A stretch of DNA of 64,000 nucleotides from Lama guanicoe (GCA_013239625.1 MU053994.1:4011434-4075433); one strand, 5' to 3'. Shown: positions 1 through 12,913, numbered from the stretch's first letter. Translations and numbers: made by a program. The notes: generated by a model not told the origin, from the letters alone.

Positions 1-367
1 TGGGTGATGGACTCACATTACCAGTTAGATACAGAGATCTAAGGGTCTTCCATACACTGAAGTGCTGATACTCGAACCCTTCTTATGTCTCACAAAGACA
101 TAAAGTGTGATGAAGCTCACTGCTCCTCAGTAGGCAATGAGGGATCAGCAACACACCATTGAAAAGATGTGAGCACAGCCATATGCCACACATTACTAGT
201 GATTACAGAATGCTTTGAAATAGGAGAGGTATTCATATACCAAAATTATTTTTAGATGTTTCTCTCCTTTAAGGCCACCAATTGAACCATATCTTGTTGA
301 GACTTGGTTTTGCAATGATTTCAGGATTCTAGCATGAGCACTGCTCCTCTTTACACCTTCCTGCCTC

Positions 368-948
368 CAGTCTCTGTGTAGAGTCATTCAGATTATGTAT
401 TATTGCCCCATATCTAGGGGGGCACCATTCACATTGTGGACATATATAGAATTAACTTGTATGAGACCACTGAAGGGGAGGGTAGACATGTCAGGACTCT
501 TGGCTGAGTCCTGGAGCAGCCACACAGAGCCCTCTACTCCATCAACCTTCACTCACCCACCTGGCCTCAGCAGAGCAGGCAGTCCCATATTTACTTGGAC
601 ACTTACATGTGCACACGGTGATGCCTCCCCTTGACCATAATTTGAGTGTCTGTATTCCCTCAGTCCCCCTTACTCTGAACTGGTCACAGTCACCTCATCT
701 TGGGATGGAGTGTGTGTGCTCCTTTTGGCTTACGTACTGGGCAGGGTGTAAGTGTACAGTGATGTAGGGTGGGGGTGTGTCTGGGCACAAGCAGCTGCTG
801 CTTTCAGGCTCTGGAAGGATCTTTGGACTCACATGGGGTGTGCTTGAACAGGCTTTGTCCAGTTCTTAGTGAGACACATGTGTTCTAGCCAACAACTTAC
901 AAAGCAGTTCAACTTACAAAACCACTGGATGTTACTATGTTAGCCCTG
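368..948. mobile_element. Possible MER91-like hAT-Tip100 DNA transposon fossil
   Basis: TCTAGGGGGGCACCATTCACATTGTGG at about 413-439 resembles the MER91 core. AGCCCTG ending at 948 resembles its terminus. The interior is not verified. Confidence 0.3.
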
Positions 949-1027
949 AAAATAGTGCTCATTGCTTTCTTATCTTCCTCTCCTGTCCCTCCCTGTGCTT
1001 TACACATAGGCCACTTCTAGGGTCATT

Positions 1028-1222
1028 GTGGTAGCCTGAAAAAGTGAACCCCCCAAGGTATATGTACTTCCTAATCCCAATAACCTGTGAGTATTATTTT
1101 ATAAGGCAAAAGATGTGATTGAGGATTTTGAGATGTGGACTGTGTCTTGGATGATCCTGGTGGGCCTATATGCAATCACATGTATTCTCAGAAGAGAGAG
1201 GCAGAGGGAGTTTTGAGACAGA
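1028..1222 (+). mobile_element. MaLR LTR 5' fragment (MLT1C/D/E-like)
   Basis: Starts TGTGGTAGCCTGAA, then CTAATCCC..AACCTGTGA, AGATGTGATT..GATTTTGAGATG and GGCAGAGGGAG, which are typical MLT1 5' motifs. Confidence 0.8.
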
Positions 1223-1322
1223 TCCGGTCACCTAATGTGGCTGGAGGGGTCCACAACTGGTTACTGTGTGTCACTGCTGAGACTGTGTATTACTATACAT
1301 ACTAGTTTTCTTTTTCTTTTTT

Positions 1323-1908
1323 TGTATTAGTTTTCTATTGCTGCTTAACAAATTATCACAAACTGAGTGACTTACAACACACATTTGTTTTCTCAGTTTC
1401 TCTGGGTCGAGAATGAGTCTGGGCGTGGTTTGCCCTCTGCCAGGCTGAAATTCAGGTGTTGGCCAAACTGGGCTCTCATCTGGAGGCTCTCCTGGCAGTG
1501 CATCTGCCACCAGACTTTTGTGGTCATTGGCAGGGTTTGTCTTCTTGTGGCCGTAAGACCGAGGGCTCCAGCTTTGTGCTGGCTATTGCTGGCGGATGCT
1601 CTCAGCTTCTAGAAGCTTCCCATAGTTCCTTATTATGTGGCCCTCCCCAAAGGTCCTCTCACCGCCTGGCAGCTTGCTTCTCCAAAGCCAACAGGGGATA
1701 AAGAGAGCAAGTTTGCTAGCAAAATGGAATCATATCATGTAATGTAATAATTACATTATTACAGGAGTGACATCCCATTACCTTTGCCATATTCTGTTGG
1801 TTAGAAGTAGGTCACAGGCCCCTCCCACATGAAAGCGGAAGGAACCATACAAAGGTGTGAACTCCAGGAGGTGGGTATTTAGTGGCCATTTAGTGTCTGC
1901 CTGCTATA
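1323..1908 (-). mobile_element. MaLR solo LTR (MLT1E/F-like)
   Basis: TGTATTAGTTTTCTATTGCTGC...AACAAATTATCACAAAC start, CCTTTGCCATATTCTGTTGGTTAGAAG..GTCACAGG and a TCTGCCTGCTATA end match an antisense MLT1. Confidence 0.85.
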
Positions 1909-2599
1909 ATAGTCATTTATTAAGAAATTACCGAGGAAGGAGAACCTTGTTCTAATTCACACAAAGGTCTCGCACAGGTTAGTAGCAGCTCTTTTTCCAT
2001 CTCCTTTTTCCTCTTTTTATTTTTCTGGCTAAAGTAGTGCTAAAATGATAAACCAAGGGACAGATGTGTATTTATCAAATGACAGAAAGTAACTAAATCT
2101 GAGGAAATGTCATCATGGTGTAGTTTTACAAGAGTTCCTTCCATTTTGATAACATTTATTAGAATGTGCTCAGTTTGGGGAAACAGAAATTTCAATAAAT
2201 AAACCACCACAACTGAAAATATCTCCTCTTGGCTCAAATTCTTCTTTTTATCAGACAAAATAGCTCCCACACAGCTTCTATAAATATGCATTTGTTATAA
2301 ATGTGTGTGTTCATCGCAGTGAATTTGGAAAGCATTCACCTTCTAATGAGGTTACTCATTAGTGTTGATCCAGTTTCTCTAGGTTCCTCTAATTGGAAAG
2401 TATTATGAGCCACAGTGTGTTGGATGAGCATTTCTTGAAAATAATTCTCTCCTTCTTCAAAACCTTCTCCATTCCCATCGCTCCAGGCAGAAATTAGACC
2501 TGAGTCACCACTCACCTTGACTGTTGCCCCAGACTCTTGAGTTCTCCTTATTCTTGTCTAGGCCTCTCTGATTTATGTTTCTCCTTAGCTTAAAGGATT

Positions 2600-2850
2600 T
2601 TTGTAGTTCTTCATTCCCTTCATCTTAAATTCTGTGCCTGTCCTCAGGGTCCTGCATGGTCCCTCTGCCAGCCAATCTAGCCTCATGGTGCGTTCTTCCA
2701 GAGTCTTCCCCAATAATCAGGGCAGCCATACTGAATGAAGAAAACATGCTCTTATATGCTATAGGCTTTGCACATTTTGTTCCTTCAGGCTGAAATACAG
2801 TCCTCCCTTTCTTCAACTCATAAACTTCAACTTAGTTCTTTAGTGCTTTG
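2600..2850 (+). mobile_element. L2 fragment
   Basis: GGCTTTGCACATTTTGTTCCTTCAGGCTGAAATAC resembles the L2 3' region. Confidence 0.55.
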
Positions 2851-3150
2851 CTTAGTTTTGCTTGTTTATTTATTAACTTATATTATGAAACATTTCAACC
2901 ATAAAGAGGAACATAGAAAGTAACATAATAAACAAGCATATCTCCACCATCTGTTTTAAAAATATTGACATTTTGCCATATTTACCTCAGATGTATATTT
3001 TTCCTTTTTTATGATGAATGTTTTCAAACATATAGAAAGTTGAAAAAATAGTACAAAGAACACTCATATATTTGATATTGAGTTCCAACAATTGTTTGTG
3101 TTTTACCATATTATTCTGTCTCTCTCTCATTTTTTCCATTACCACTTCTC

Positions 3151-3151
<1 letters not shown>

Positions 3152-3190
<39 letters not shown>
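3152..3190. repeat. (CA)n microsatellite
   Basis: Perfect AC run seen directly. Confidence 0.98.
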
Positions 3191-3193
<3 letters not shown>

Positions 3194-3927
3194 GAAACAT
3201 TTAAACATAAGTTGCAGGCATCATCATGACACTTTACCCCTAAATATTTCCACATACATCTAAGAACAAGGTCTTCTAATACATAACCTCCATATCATTA
3301 TTGTACCTAGGAAAATTAACAGTTCCCTTACCTCATGTAATACTCTATCCACATAAAAATGGCAATTTTCTCCAAAATGTCTTTTTATAACTATTTTTTT
3401 CCTCATAGGATATTTATAAGTTTCATTCATTATATTTGGTTTGGTTTCCTTAAACTCTTATTCTAGAATAGTCATCCCTACAACTTATTCTTATGACATT
3501 GACTTTTTAAATTAATCAGAACAATTAACTAGTGGCATATCTCATAATCTGGATTTCTCAAGTTTTTCCTCATATTTTCATTTAATATCTACCTTTATTA
3601 ATATGTCTCCTGAAAACTGAAGGGTTTTTTTCCCTCATCATCCTTTTTCATAATGGCTTTAATGTACATTGATGCCTGAATCAATGATATCATTTTTGGT
3701 TATAGAATGGTAATTTTCTAATTCTGTCAATTACTCTACATTTATTAGTTGCCATTCTGCTGCAAAGAAAAACATGCACCGTTATCAACTGGGAATGAAC
3801 TTCAGTTCCTCATCTAGGGTGATTACTTCATTCTTTCCCTTTAATTAGCAATTTTCAGAGTAAATCATCTCCAATGATGGCAAATGAGTTCATTTCCCCC
3901 CTTCTTATTTTGAGAATTATAATAGAC

Positions 3928-4325
3928 TAAGTATGGGCTTTCCCAGAAACAGACCCTGAGGTAGGACTCAAGCACTGATGGTTATTTGAGTGGTGATTCC
4001 AAAACCACTGGTAGAGGAGCAGGGAAATGAGAGAGAGAAGAAAAGATAACCAGAGAGTGTTAGCTAGCTGTTTACCCCTGCAGTTAACTACTGCAATTAA
4101 TCCTGCTGCAGAACTCAGAGAGCCAGTATAATACATGTACCTTAGAGTTATTTCATTTGAGGGGTATTTATCCACCAACTTCTTCTGTCAGTCATTCTTT
4201 GAAGACTGATGCTAGAGAGCATTAATTCCCTGGCATTATCAGCCAAAAGGGCTTTCACATCTAGAAAAAGCCCTCAGACAAAGGAATACAGGTGCTGGCA
4301 GTCAGAAGTCCACTGACTAAGGGGT
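3928..4325 (-). mobile_element. ERVL solo LTR (LTR16-like)
   Basis: CCCAGAAACAGACCCTGAG..AGGACTCAAG and GGGGTATTTATCCACCAACT match antisense LTR16. Confidence 0.75.
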
Positions 4326-4384
4326 AATCACTTAACATCATTATTTTTGATGATTAAAGTCTCCCAAATTTGACCAGTGGGAAC

Positions 4385-4844
4385 TTTTTTGTAAAATTGA
4401 AGTATAGTTGATTTACAATATTATGTTAGTTTCAGGTGTACAGCAAAGTGATTCAGTTTTTTATATATATATATATATAATTTTTACAGATTATTTTCAC
4501 TATAGGTTATCATAAGATATTGAATATAGTTCCCTGTGCTATACAGTAGGCCCTTGTTGTTTATCTATTATATATATAGTAGTATTTATCTGTTAATTCC
4601 AAACTCCTAATTTGTCCCTCCCCCCTCCCTTTCCATTTTGGTAACCATAAGTTTGTTTTCTATGTCTGTGAGTCTGTTTCTGTTCTGTAAATAGGTTCAC
4701 TTGTACTATTTTTTAGATTCCACATATAAGTGATATCATATAGTATGTCTTTGGCTTACTTCACTTAGTATGATAATCTAAGGTTTATACATGTTGCTGC
4801 AAATGGCATTATTTCATTCTTTTTTATGGCTGAGTAATAGTCCA
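4385..4844 (-). mobile_element. 5'-truncated cetartiodactyl-type L1 3' end
   Basis: ATTGAAGTATAGTTGATTTACAATATT...AATATAGTTCCCTGTGCTATACAGTAGG...TTTATGGCTGAGTAATAGTCCA. A degenerate TSD is plausible: GACCAGTGGGAACTTTT / GACCAATGAGACTTTT. Confidence 0.92.
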
Positions 4845-5797
4845 GACCAATGAGACTTTTAAAAACGGGCCTACCCTCTGTCCTTTTGGCATACTTGCAT
4901 TAGCTTTGAGCACTTCCTTACCTTCTGGCACATGATGAACCAGACTCACCTTAAGTTTTCCCTGCCTCAGATCTGGAATTACCCATTTCTCCAATGAGCT
5001 CTGATTCATTTTAGAGGGAAATTGAGATCTGAGAGCTGAAAGTGCCCATTGCTACTGGATGTGTGATTGCTTCTTGGCCCTTTAAGTGGCCTAGTTTCAC
5101 AAGTCCACATGGAAATTTTCAATCCAAATTTAACAATACAGAATTATTACTTAATTTCGTTGACTTTACCTTTATTTTTCTTTTCTCTCACATGGAAAAC
5201 ATGGTTTCTTATAATACTAACTTAAGATTTCAAAATCACTATTCCAGTACTACTATTAACTGAAGAATGATTATCATCATTTCTTTATAGTTCTTTTTGT
5301 TCTTAACTCTACCCCAATAAGAATCTACAATCAGAGTACTGTGTTCTACAATCACTTGAAATAATTTTTTCTTTCTTTTTTTCTTTTTTAACAATTTTGA
5401 CACACAGGATCATTTTTTCCCACTTGTTTTTCATGTTAGGGTTTTTAAAATTCTATTTTTGGATACAGTGGAACATTCACACAGTTCATGCATCAAAACA
5501 TATGCAAAGAGGTACTCAGAGAAATCTGCCTTTTTTAGTTTCCTGGTTTACCTTTCCAGTGCTCATTTTTGTATATATATTTTTATTTCCCTTCCTTTCT
5601 CATCCATATGGCAGCCTACTATATATACTGTTCTGTACCTTGCATTTTTCTCTTAACAGTATATCCTGGAGGTTATTCCACTTCAACTCATATAGATCTT
5701 ATTTTCTAAAGTTTTATAACACTCCATATTGTGGCTGAAACATAGTTTATTTATACAGCCCCTGTTGAAGGACATTTAGGTTGATTCTAACCTTTAT

Positions 5798-5820
5798 TGT
5801 GTGTGTGTGTGTGTGTGTGT
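5798..5820. repeat. (TG)n microsatellite
   Basis: Seen directly. Confidence 0.95.
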
Positions 5821-7439
5821 TTATGGAAGGTGAGGCTTGACTTTGGAACAGATTATCTAATGTGGGATCGTTGCTTTGTCGAAAAGTAAATGCCTTTGGT
5901 AATTTTATGTGGCATTTCCATATTCCTTTTCATAATGGCTGTACATTTTATGCTTCCATTTTAATGTCAATAGGTTTACCAGTAGAGTTTGTTGTTATTA
6001 ATGTACTTGTTTATTTCAGTTATATTCCCATATTATTTAAAAACAGAGATAGTATCACCTTTTTCCATCCAAAATTCTTTTGCTTCCTGAAGTTTCCTTT
6101 TATCTAATCACATTGGTTAATACATCCAGTATAATGTTAAGAGTTGTAGAAATAGAAGGATCTTTGCACTGTTTCTAACCTTATTGGGGAGGCCTCCAAT
6201 GATTCCTTATTAAGTAAGATGCTGGCTTTATTTACTTTTATTTTATCATACAGAAGGATAAGTTTTTATTTTATAAAATGTTTTTGTATAAATGAGTTTT
6301 CACTATTATCAAAATTGTTAACATCTGTGGGGATAATACAGTTTTAAAGATGTATTAATATGGAGCATTCAATTAATGGATTTTTAAAACATTGAAACCT
6401 TCTTGCACTCCTGAAAAACGTCTACTTGCTAAATATATATATTTAATAAATATTAATTAATTAATAAATATAATTATTCTGTAGGATTCTATGTCCTAAT
6501 ATTTTATCTAGGATTTTTGCATCAATGAGATTGATATCTGCTTCAGGTGACAATGTTATATCTATTATATCTGTTATATCTCAAAAATAGAATTTAAACA
6601 TTTTTCTAAGTTCTGGAACTTTTCTAAGTTCTAAAACTACGTAAGAAGCATTGAGATTATCTGACTTTTGAAGATTTGATAGAAATCCTCTGTGAAACCA
6701 CTTGGCTTGCTGACTTTTAGAGAGAAGTTCTTTGCTAACCTCTATTCTATGAAAACTGATCTTTTTAAACTGTATGTGTCTATTGGCATCAGTTATAACG
6801 AATTACATTTTCTTAGCAAACTATGCATTTCATGTAGGTTTTGAAATGTATTTATTTGCATAGAAGCTTACAAAATGATATCTTAATGTATTTTGTAATT
6901 TCATTGGTTTCAATGGTTATTGCTCCATTGTCATCATGTATTTTATATAGTTGTGCTTTCTCCCTGCTTCTCTTGATTATGTTAACTAGTGTTTTTAATT
7001 TATATTTTACTATATTAGTGCTATTCATTTTCTCAATTCTAACTTATCTGGCTTTATAATTTCCTCCATTTTGATTTCTTTTGCTTTATTTTCTAACTTT
7101 TGTTTTCCTTTCTTTTTAAATTAGTTGTTAATTCACTTGTTTTTTTATTTTCATTTTTATTGTTATAAATATTTAAGGCTATGAGTTTTCCTCTTAATGT
7201 TTTAGTTTTATCTCCTAGATCTTAATATATCATTTTTATTGTCATTATATCCTAGACAAGCTGTAATTCTGGCTATATTTCTCATGTGACACAAAAGTTG
7301 TTTAAGAGAGGATTTTTGTATTCTAGGTAGAAGAGTCTTTTTGTTTTTTGCTTTTATTTTTAACTTCTGGTGATATTGTATTGTAATAAGAGCATGCTGT
7401 TTGTATCATCTCTACTTTAAGAAACTTCCTAAGGAATTC

Positions 7440-7509
7440 CACTTCTGGAATGAGAATGTGAGGAGCTCTGTGGACCTGTTCCCCAGCAATACTGGTGAAA
7501 ATTATTTAA

Positions 7510-7543
<34 letters not shown>

Positions 7544-9410
7544 CAAACATTTAAAGGCTCTGGAAATGGCCCTAAGGGCATGATGCAAATGAATAAATAT
7601 TTATTCAAGAAAATCTGTGAAACTGTAAGAACTGTAAGAATCTGGTATTTGCACAAGATCTGCACCTCCCTCTTCTCTCACAGCTCAGCAAGGCAGAAAC
7701 TCCACTCCAGACTAGTACAGCTAGGAACAAAGGACTCCCTCTCCCCCACCTCCCAATCAGAGAGCTATCTTCCTGGGAGAGGGGTTGAAATATTAGTTGT
7801 TCTCATACTGCCCACAGCTACCTGTTCCTGAGACTAAGGTCTGGGCAAGTGTATGCAGGAGGTAGGGGGCCCCTTCTTCTGCCCAACCCCTACTTATGGA
7901 CATCTTTCTTGTGATGCCACTGAGAGTACTGGGGCCCCGATCACTCTTAACCTAGTTCATGGGGTGGGAATTAAAATTGGAGAGAGGCAAGTCATGGAGA
8001 CCTGGAGCTACTGCCCCCTGCCCATCCACCTAGTGCTCAGCAGTTAAAGTGTGGCTCTCACTCAAGAGAAGTGTACCGTTGTTCTCATACCCAGCTTGAG
8101 AACTCTGACTCAAAGATTTTGCCTGTGGGGAGAAGCAAGCAGTAGAACAGAGAAGTTCTAATCCCTCTTCAAAGGAACTGATTTTATTTGTAACTGAATG
8201 TGGAGAAGTTCAAGCCTAAGGGAGCTCTCCAAAACATTGGAAGTTGTGATAAAAAGCAATTGGGTGGAGATTGATAGATTCACTGGAGATAAAGGCTAAA
8301 ATGTAGCCTGGCTAATTTGCCAGAGAGAAACAGGGAATGATGAAAGAGCCCTACTGGGGTCATAAAAAACTTAAAACAATAACCTTGGGGACTTCTTCAA
8401 AGTGGCCCAAATTTGCTTGGATTCATAGGTAAAGCAATTTATATCCCAGGGCATTATTGGAAAAAAAATATAATAATCTTCTGGCAATTAGTGGAGCATA
8501 ACTGCTGGTTGTGGTCAGGGAAAGAGACAGTGAAAAAGAGCAATTCCAAAGCCGTTGTCTTCCCAGGGCAACTGTAGGCACACAGAAGGCTACATGTCCT
8601 GGAAAGAAACATCAAGGACTTCATACAGTGGCAGTAAATAAACTTCACTTAAGTAATTCAGCTAGTAATTAAACAAGTAAACAAGCAAATAACAACAACA
8701 AGGAAGAAGAGAGCCCGTTACCCAGAGTTGCTGCAATATGTTAAATAAGATATTTGTTTCAGTAAAAAATATGAGACATGCAAAAAAAAAAAACAGGGAA
8801 GTGTGATCTATATACTACAAAACGATGACAACAAACAAGCCAACAAACAAAAAACAGACCTCAGAAACTAACTGAGAGTGACCATATGTCTGATTTGACA
8901 GATAATGACTACAAAGTAGACATTATAAATGTTAAACTAAATGAAACCATGATTAAAGAAGCAAAGGAAGGTGTGATGATAATATCAAATCAAATATAGA
9001 ATATTAATGAAGAGATAGAACTTGTGAAAAAAATCCCAATGGAAATTCTGATTTACAATAAAAAATGTATAGTCACTGGAGTGAAAAGTAAATTTTGGGG
9101 ATCAATAGTAGATTTGAATTGGCAGAAGAAATAATTAGTGAACTTGAAGATAGATCAACAGAAATTATGCAATCAGAACAATAAAGAGAAAAAGAATAAA
9201 AAACATAAAAACAGCCTCAGAGAAATGTGAGACAGTATTACAAACACCAGCATATGTATAGTGAGAGTATCAGAAGGAAAGAAGAGTGAGAAAAAAGCAG
9301 AATATATTCAAAGAAATAATGGATGTAATTTTATCTAAAAACATTCATCTACACATCCAGGAATCTCAACAAGCTCCAAGTAGGATAACATAAAGAGATC
9401 CACAGACACA
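7440..9410 (+). mobile_element. Old L1M 5' UTR plus decayed ORF1; contains (CA)n at 7512-7540
   Basis: Starts ACTTCTGGAATG. The A-rich ORF1 remnant includes ATTAGTGAACTTGAAGATAGATCAACAGAAATT, CAGCCTCAGAGAAATGTGAGAC and CTACACATCCAGGAATCTCAAC. Confidence 0.8.
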
Positions 9411-10349
9411 TCTAGCCAGAGCAATTAGGCAAGAAAAAGAAATAAAAGGTCCCATATGTTTATTTTTGCTTTTATTTATTTTGCCTTTGGAGACTGATCC
9501 AAGAAATATTGCCATAATTTATGTCAAAGAGTGTTCGGCCTGTGTTCTTTTCTAGGAGTTTTGTGGTTTCAGGGCTTAGATTTAGGTCTTTAATCCATTT
9601 TGAGTTTATTTCTGTATATGAGATGAAGAAATGTTCAAATCTCATTGTTTCACACATGCGTGATACAAGAGAAGTATACCAAATTCTATTTCTATACACT
9701 TGTAATGAACAATCTGAAAATGAAATTAAGAAAACAGTTTCATTTATAATAGCATTAAAATGAATGACTTAGAAATAAATGTAACAAAAGAAGTAAACAA
9801 ACCTGAAAACTGTAAAACTTTGTTAAAAGAGATTTTAAAATATATAAATAAATGAGGAAATAGTCCATGTTTATTGATCGGAAGACTTAATATTGTTAAG
9901 ATGGTGATAGTCCCCAAATTGGTATGCACATTCAAGGTAATCCCAATCATATTCCCAGCTCCCTTTGCAGAATTTCACAAGCTGATTCTCAGGTTCATGT
10001 GGAATTGCAAGGAACCAGGAATAGCCAAAACAATTGTGAAAAAGAAGAACAAATTCAGAGGCCTCACACTTTCTGATTTCAAAACTTACTACAAACCAGT
10101 GGTAATCAAGACAGTGTGGTACTGACCCAAGGAAAGATGTATAGATCAGTGGAATACAACTGAGAGCCCAGAAATAAACCATATCATATCAGTGGTCAAC
10201 TGATCTTTGACAAGGATGCCAGGTCCATTCAATGGGAAAAAATAATCTTTTCAACAAATGGTACTTGGAAGACTAGATATATACTTGCAGAAGAATAAAG
10301 TTGGACCTTTGCTTCACACATATACAAAAATTAACTCAAAATGGATCAC
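9411..10349 (+). mobile_element. L1 ORF2 fragment (RT to C-terminal region), interrupted at 9451-9658
   Basis: Translates to LARAIRQEKEIKG, IGRLNIVKM, GLTLSDFKTYYKPVVIKTVWY and YTKINSKWI, with stops and frameshifts. Confidence 0.93.
9451..9658 (-). mobile_element. Inverted L1 ORF2 island
   Basis: Minus-strand peptide TEINSKWIKDLNLSPETTKLLEKNTGRTLFDIN. Confidence 0.9.
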
Positions 10350-11330
10350 CGTTGAGAATATTAGCTGTGACTTTGTTATATATGGCCTTTGTTATGTTGA
10401 GGTATGTTCTTTCTATATCCGATTTGTTGAGGGTTTATATCATGAAAGGATGTTTTATTTTGTTAAATGCTTTTTCTGCATCTATTGAGATGATAAGGAT
10501 TTTTATCTTTCATTCTATTAATGTGGTGTACCACATTTATTGATTTGCATATGTTGAACCATCCTGTGTCCCAGGAGTAAATAAGTTCAGATTTTCTATT
10601 TCTTCATGATCCAGTCTTGGTAATTTGTATGTTTCTAGGAATTTACACATTTCTTTTAGGTTATACAATTTGTTGGCATATAATTGTTCATAGTAGTATC
10701 TGATGATCCTGTATATTTCTGTGGTATCAGTTGTAACATCTACTCTTTCATTTCTGATTTTATTTATTTGAGTCTTCTCTCATTTTTGCTTACTCTAGCT
10801 AAAAGTTTGTCTACTTTGTTAATCTTCCCAAAAAATTAGCTCTCAGTTTTGTTGATCTTTAATATTGTCATTTTAATCTCTTATTTCATTTAGTTCTGCT
10901 CTGATCTTTGTTATTTTCTTCTTTCTACCAACTTTGGGTTTAGTTTTTTCTTTTTCTAGTAGCTTGAGATGTAAAGCTAGGCTGTTTATTTGACATCTTT
11001 CTTTTTTTTATTAATATATATATTTATTGTTATAAATTCCTCTAAGAACAGCTTTTACATCATCTCTTAGGTGTTGATGTGTTATGATTCCATTTTCATT
11101 TGTAGATTTTTTAATTTCTCTTTTTATTTCTTCTTTGACCCATCCATTGTTCAGCAATGTGTTGGTTAGTTTCCACACATTTGTAAATTTTCCAGCTTTC
11201 CTCTTGTTGACTTCTAGTTTCATACCATTGTGGCTGGAAAAGATACTTGTTATGATTTCAATCTTAAATTTTCAAAGACTTGTTTTGTAGCCTATTATAT
11301 GATCTATCCTGGAGAATGTTCAGTGTGTAC
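10350..11330 (-). mobile_element. L1 ORF2 fragment (endonuclease end to RT start), internally deleted
   Basis: Minus-strand peptide KLEVNKRKAGKFTNVWKLTNTLLNNGWVKEEIKREIKK. AAATGCTTTTTCTGCATCTATTGAGAT is the antisense of SIDAEKAF. Confidence 0.92.
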
Positions 11331-11914
11331 TATCTCTTGTTGTCTCCTTGCTAGCCTGAAGCTCTCTATTATTAATTTCAGGCATAGCTGTATTTTTCAT
11401 TCAGGAGTTGGGGAGGTATTTTCCAGTCCTTTGTTTCAGTTAATGAGGCTGGCTCTGTTTCCTTATTTCATATGGAGTGCTTTTATCCCTTTATCCTACA
11501 GGAGATGAACTGTTACCTACCATAGCCTATGTCTAGTCTCAGAGCCCAGCAAACCTAATAAGCCTATGACCTAAGTCTTAGTCACCATTTGTATTTCTGC
11601 TCAATTTCTGACCTATGGAAATATGTATTTTGTTTATAAGCCTGGTTATGACTAATTTTGGTTGTTATAGTTTATCAGCCATGCAATGCATTGGAACAGA
11701 TGGAGTGACTTTCAATATGAGCTTGATTCCATCCACATCTTGAAAGTCTCCTGTTCATTCTTGAAACCCCAGCTTAGACAATCCTCCTTGTAGAATTCCT
11801 CCCTTGGCCACCCCCTGTCTATTCCACTCCCCCCTCATGCACCCAGATTGATAATTTCTTCCTTTTTGGTTTATCTTACATGGTGCATTGATACACTCAT
11901 AACACTGTAAATTA

Positions 11915-12223
11915 TAGGCATACCTCATTTTATTGTGCTTTACTTTATTGTGCTTCACAGATATTGCATTTTTGAATGCTTGTGGCAACCCTGCATTAAG
12001 CAAGTCTATCAGCACCATTTTTATAACAGCATTATTTTAAAATTAAGTTATGTATATTTTTAGACATAATGCTATTACACACTTAATAGACTACTGTATA
12101 GTGTAAACATAACTTTTATATGCCTTGAGGAACCAAAAATTTCACATGACTCACTTTATTGCATTATTCACTTTATTGCAGTGGTCTTAGAACCGAACCT
12201 GCAATATCTCTGAAGTGTGCTTG
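11915..12223 (+). mobile_element. Tigger1-derived non-autonomous element (about 309 bp)
   Basis: TIRs (T)AGGCATACCTC ... GAAGTGTGCTTG with flanking TA. Both Tigger1 ends are joined with no transposase between them. Confidence 0.9.
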
Positions 12224-12386
12224 TACTTGGTACTGGCTTCCATTCGTAGTGACTCTTCATTCTAGAAGTTAGTTGGACTCTCTTATCTGTCGGTGTTAGA
12301 GAAATTTAGTCTGAGCAAGTCCCAGCCAGAGCTCACCAAAATTGATAAGCAATCTCTGGCATTTTTACTGCGGGTTGCAGCAAAGC

Positions 12387-12404
12387 CTGTTTCCATGGAA
12401 ACAG
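12387..12404. promoter_or_regulatory. Candidate RFX X-box (GTTTCCATGGAAAC) within an 18-bp perfect palindrome
   Basis: CTGTTTCCATGGAAACAG is self-complementary and fits the palindromic RFX consensus GTTNCCATGGNAAC. Function is untested. Confidence 0.55.
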
Positions 12405-12913
12405 ACGCCAGCTTGCTGAAAACAGAGGAAAGAACTTTAGCAATAATTACTATTTCAATTTGAATTTAATTGATTTCCGAGTAAATCTGGAGACAACTTG
12501 GCAGTATTATTGTGAGAGTGCTGTAGGCATGCCCTACGCTATATTAAAACAGCTTAACACGTATAACGAGGTACTGTGGGTTATAAAAGAGAACCAGAGC
12601 TCAACTACTGAAGTAAGCACAAGAAAAGTGTATAGCGAAGTCTCAAACTTTGAACTGCCTAGATGGAGGAGTGACTTGCTTTAAATGAATCGAAATTTCT
12701 CGTGACAAAGCCAAGTCATTAGAGGATTGCTCTTTATATCCTTCCCACAAACACTAAGGAAGAAAATACCAAAAGAGGCAAAGAAAATAGAAGCCTGATT
12801 TTGGAGACCTCTACATTTGACTCTATGCAGTTTGAGGGTGAGTGCTGAGGTTTCTTAAATTATTTCTCCTGCTTTCAGCCTTTGCATCATTTAATTTCAT
12901 TCCTTGGCTTTCT

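Larger units (their letters stand above)
2865..7420 (-). mobile_element. Old L1M (L1MC/ME-like) 3' UTR and decayed ORF2, interrupted by LTR16 and a younger L1 end
   Basis: T-rich antisense L1 texture. TTTGAGCACTTCCTTACCTTCTGGCAC...CCATTTCTCCAA is an L1MC-type 3' UTR motif. ORF2-like remnants lie at about 6100-7400. It may be more than one element. Confidence 0.7.

Noticed and set aside
405..430. CTCF-like CTAGGGGGGCAC
   Set aside because: It lacks the 5' CCAC/CCGC part of the core and lies in a probable MER91-like repeat.
6431..6478. Pure A/T tract with palindromic character
   Set aside because: It is a low-complexity expansion inside a decayed L1.
9874..10125. ORFs with clear protein similarity (also 9472, 11011, 41878 and 55789)
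   Set aside because: These are fragments of dead L1 ORF1/ORF2 with stops and frameshifts, not host genes.
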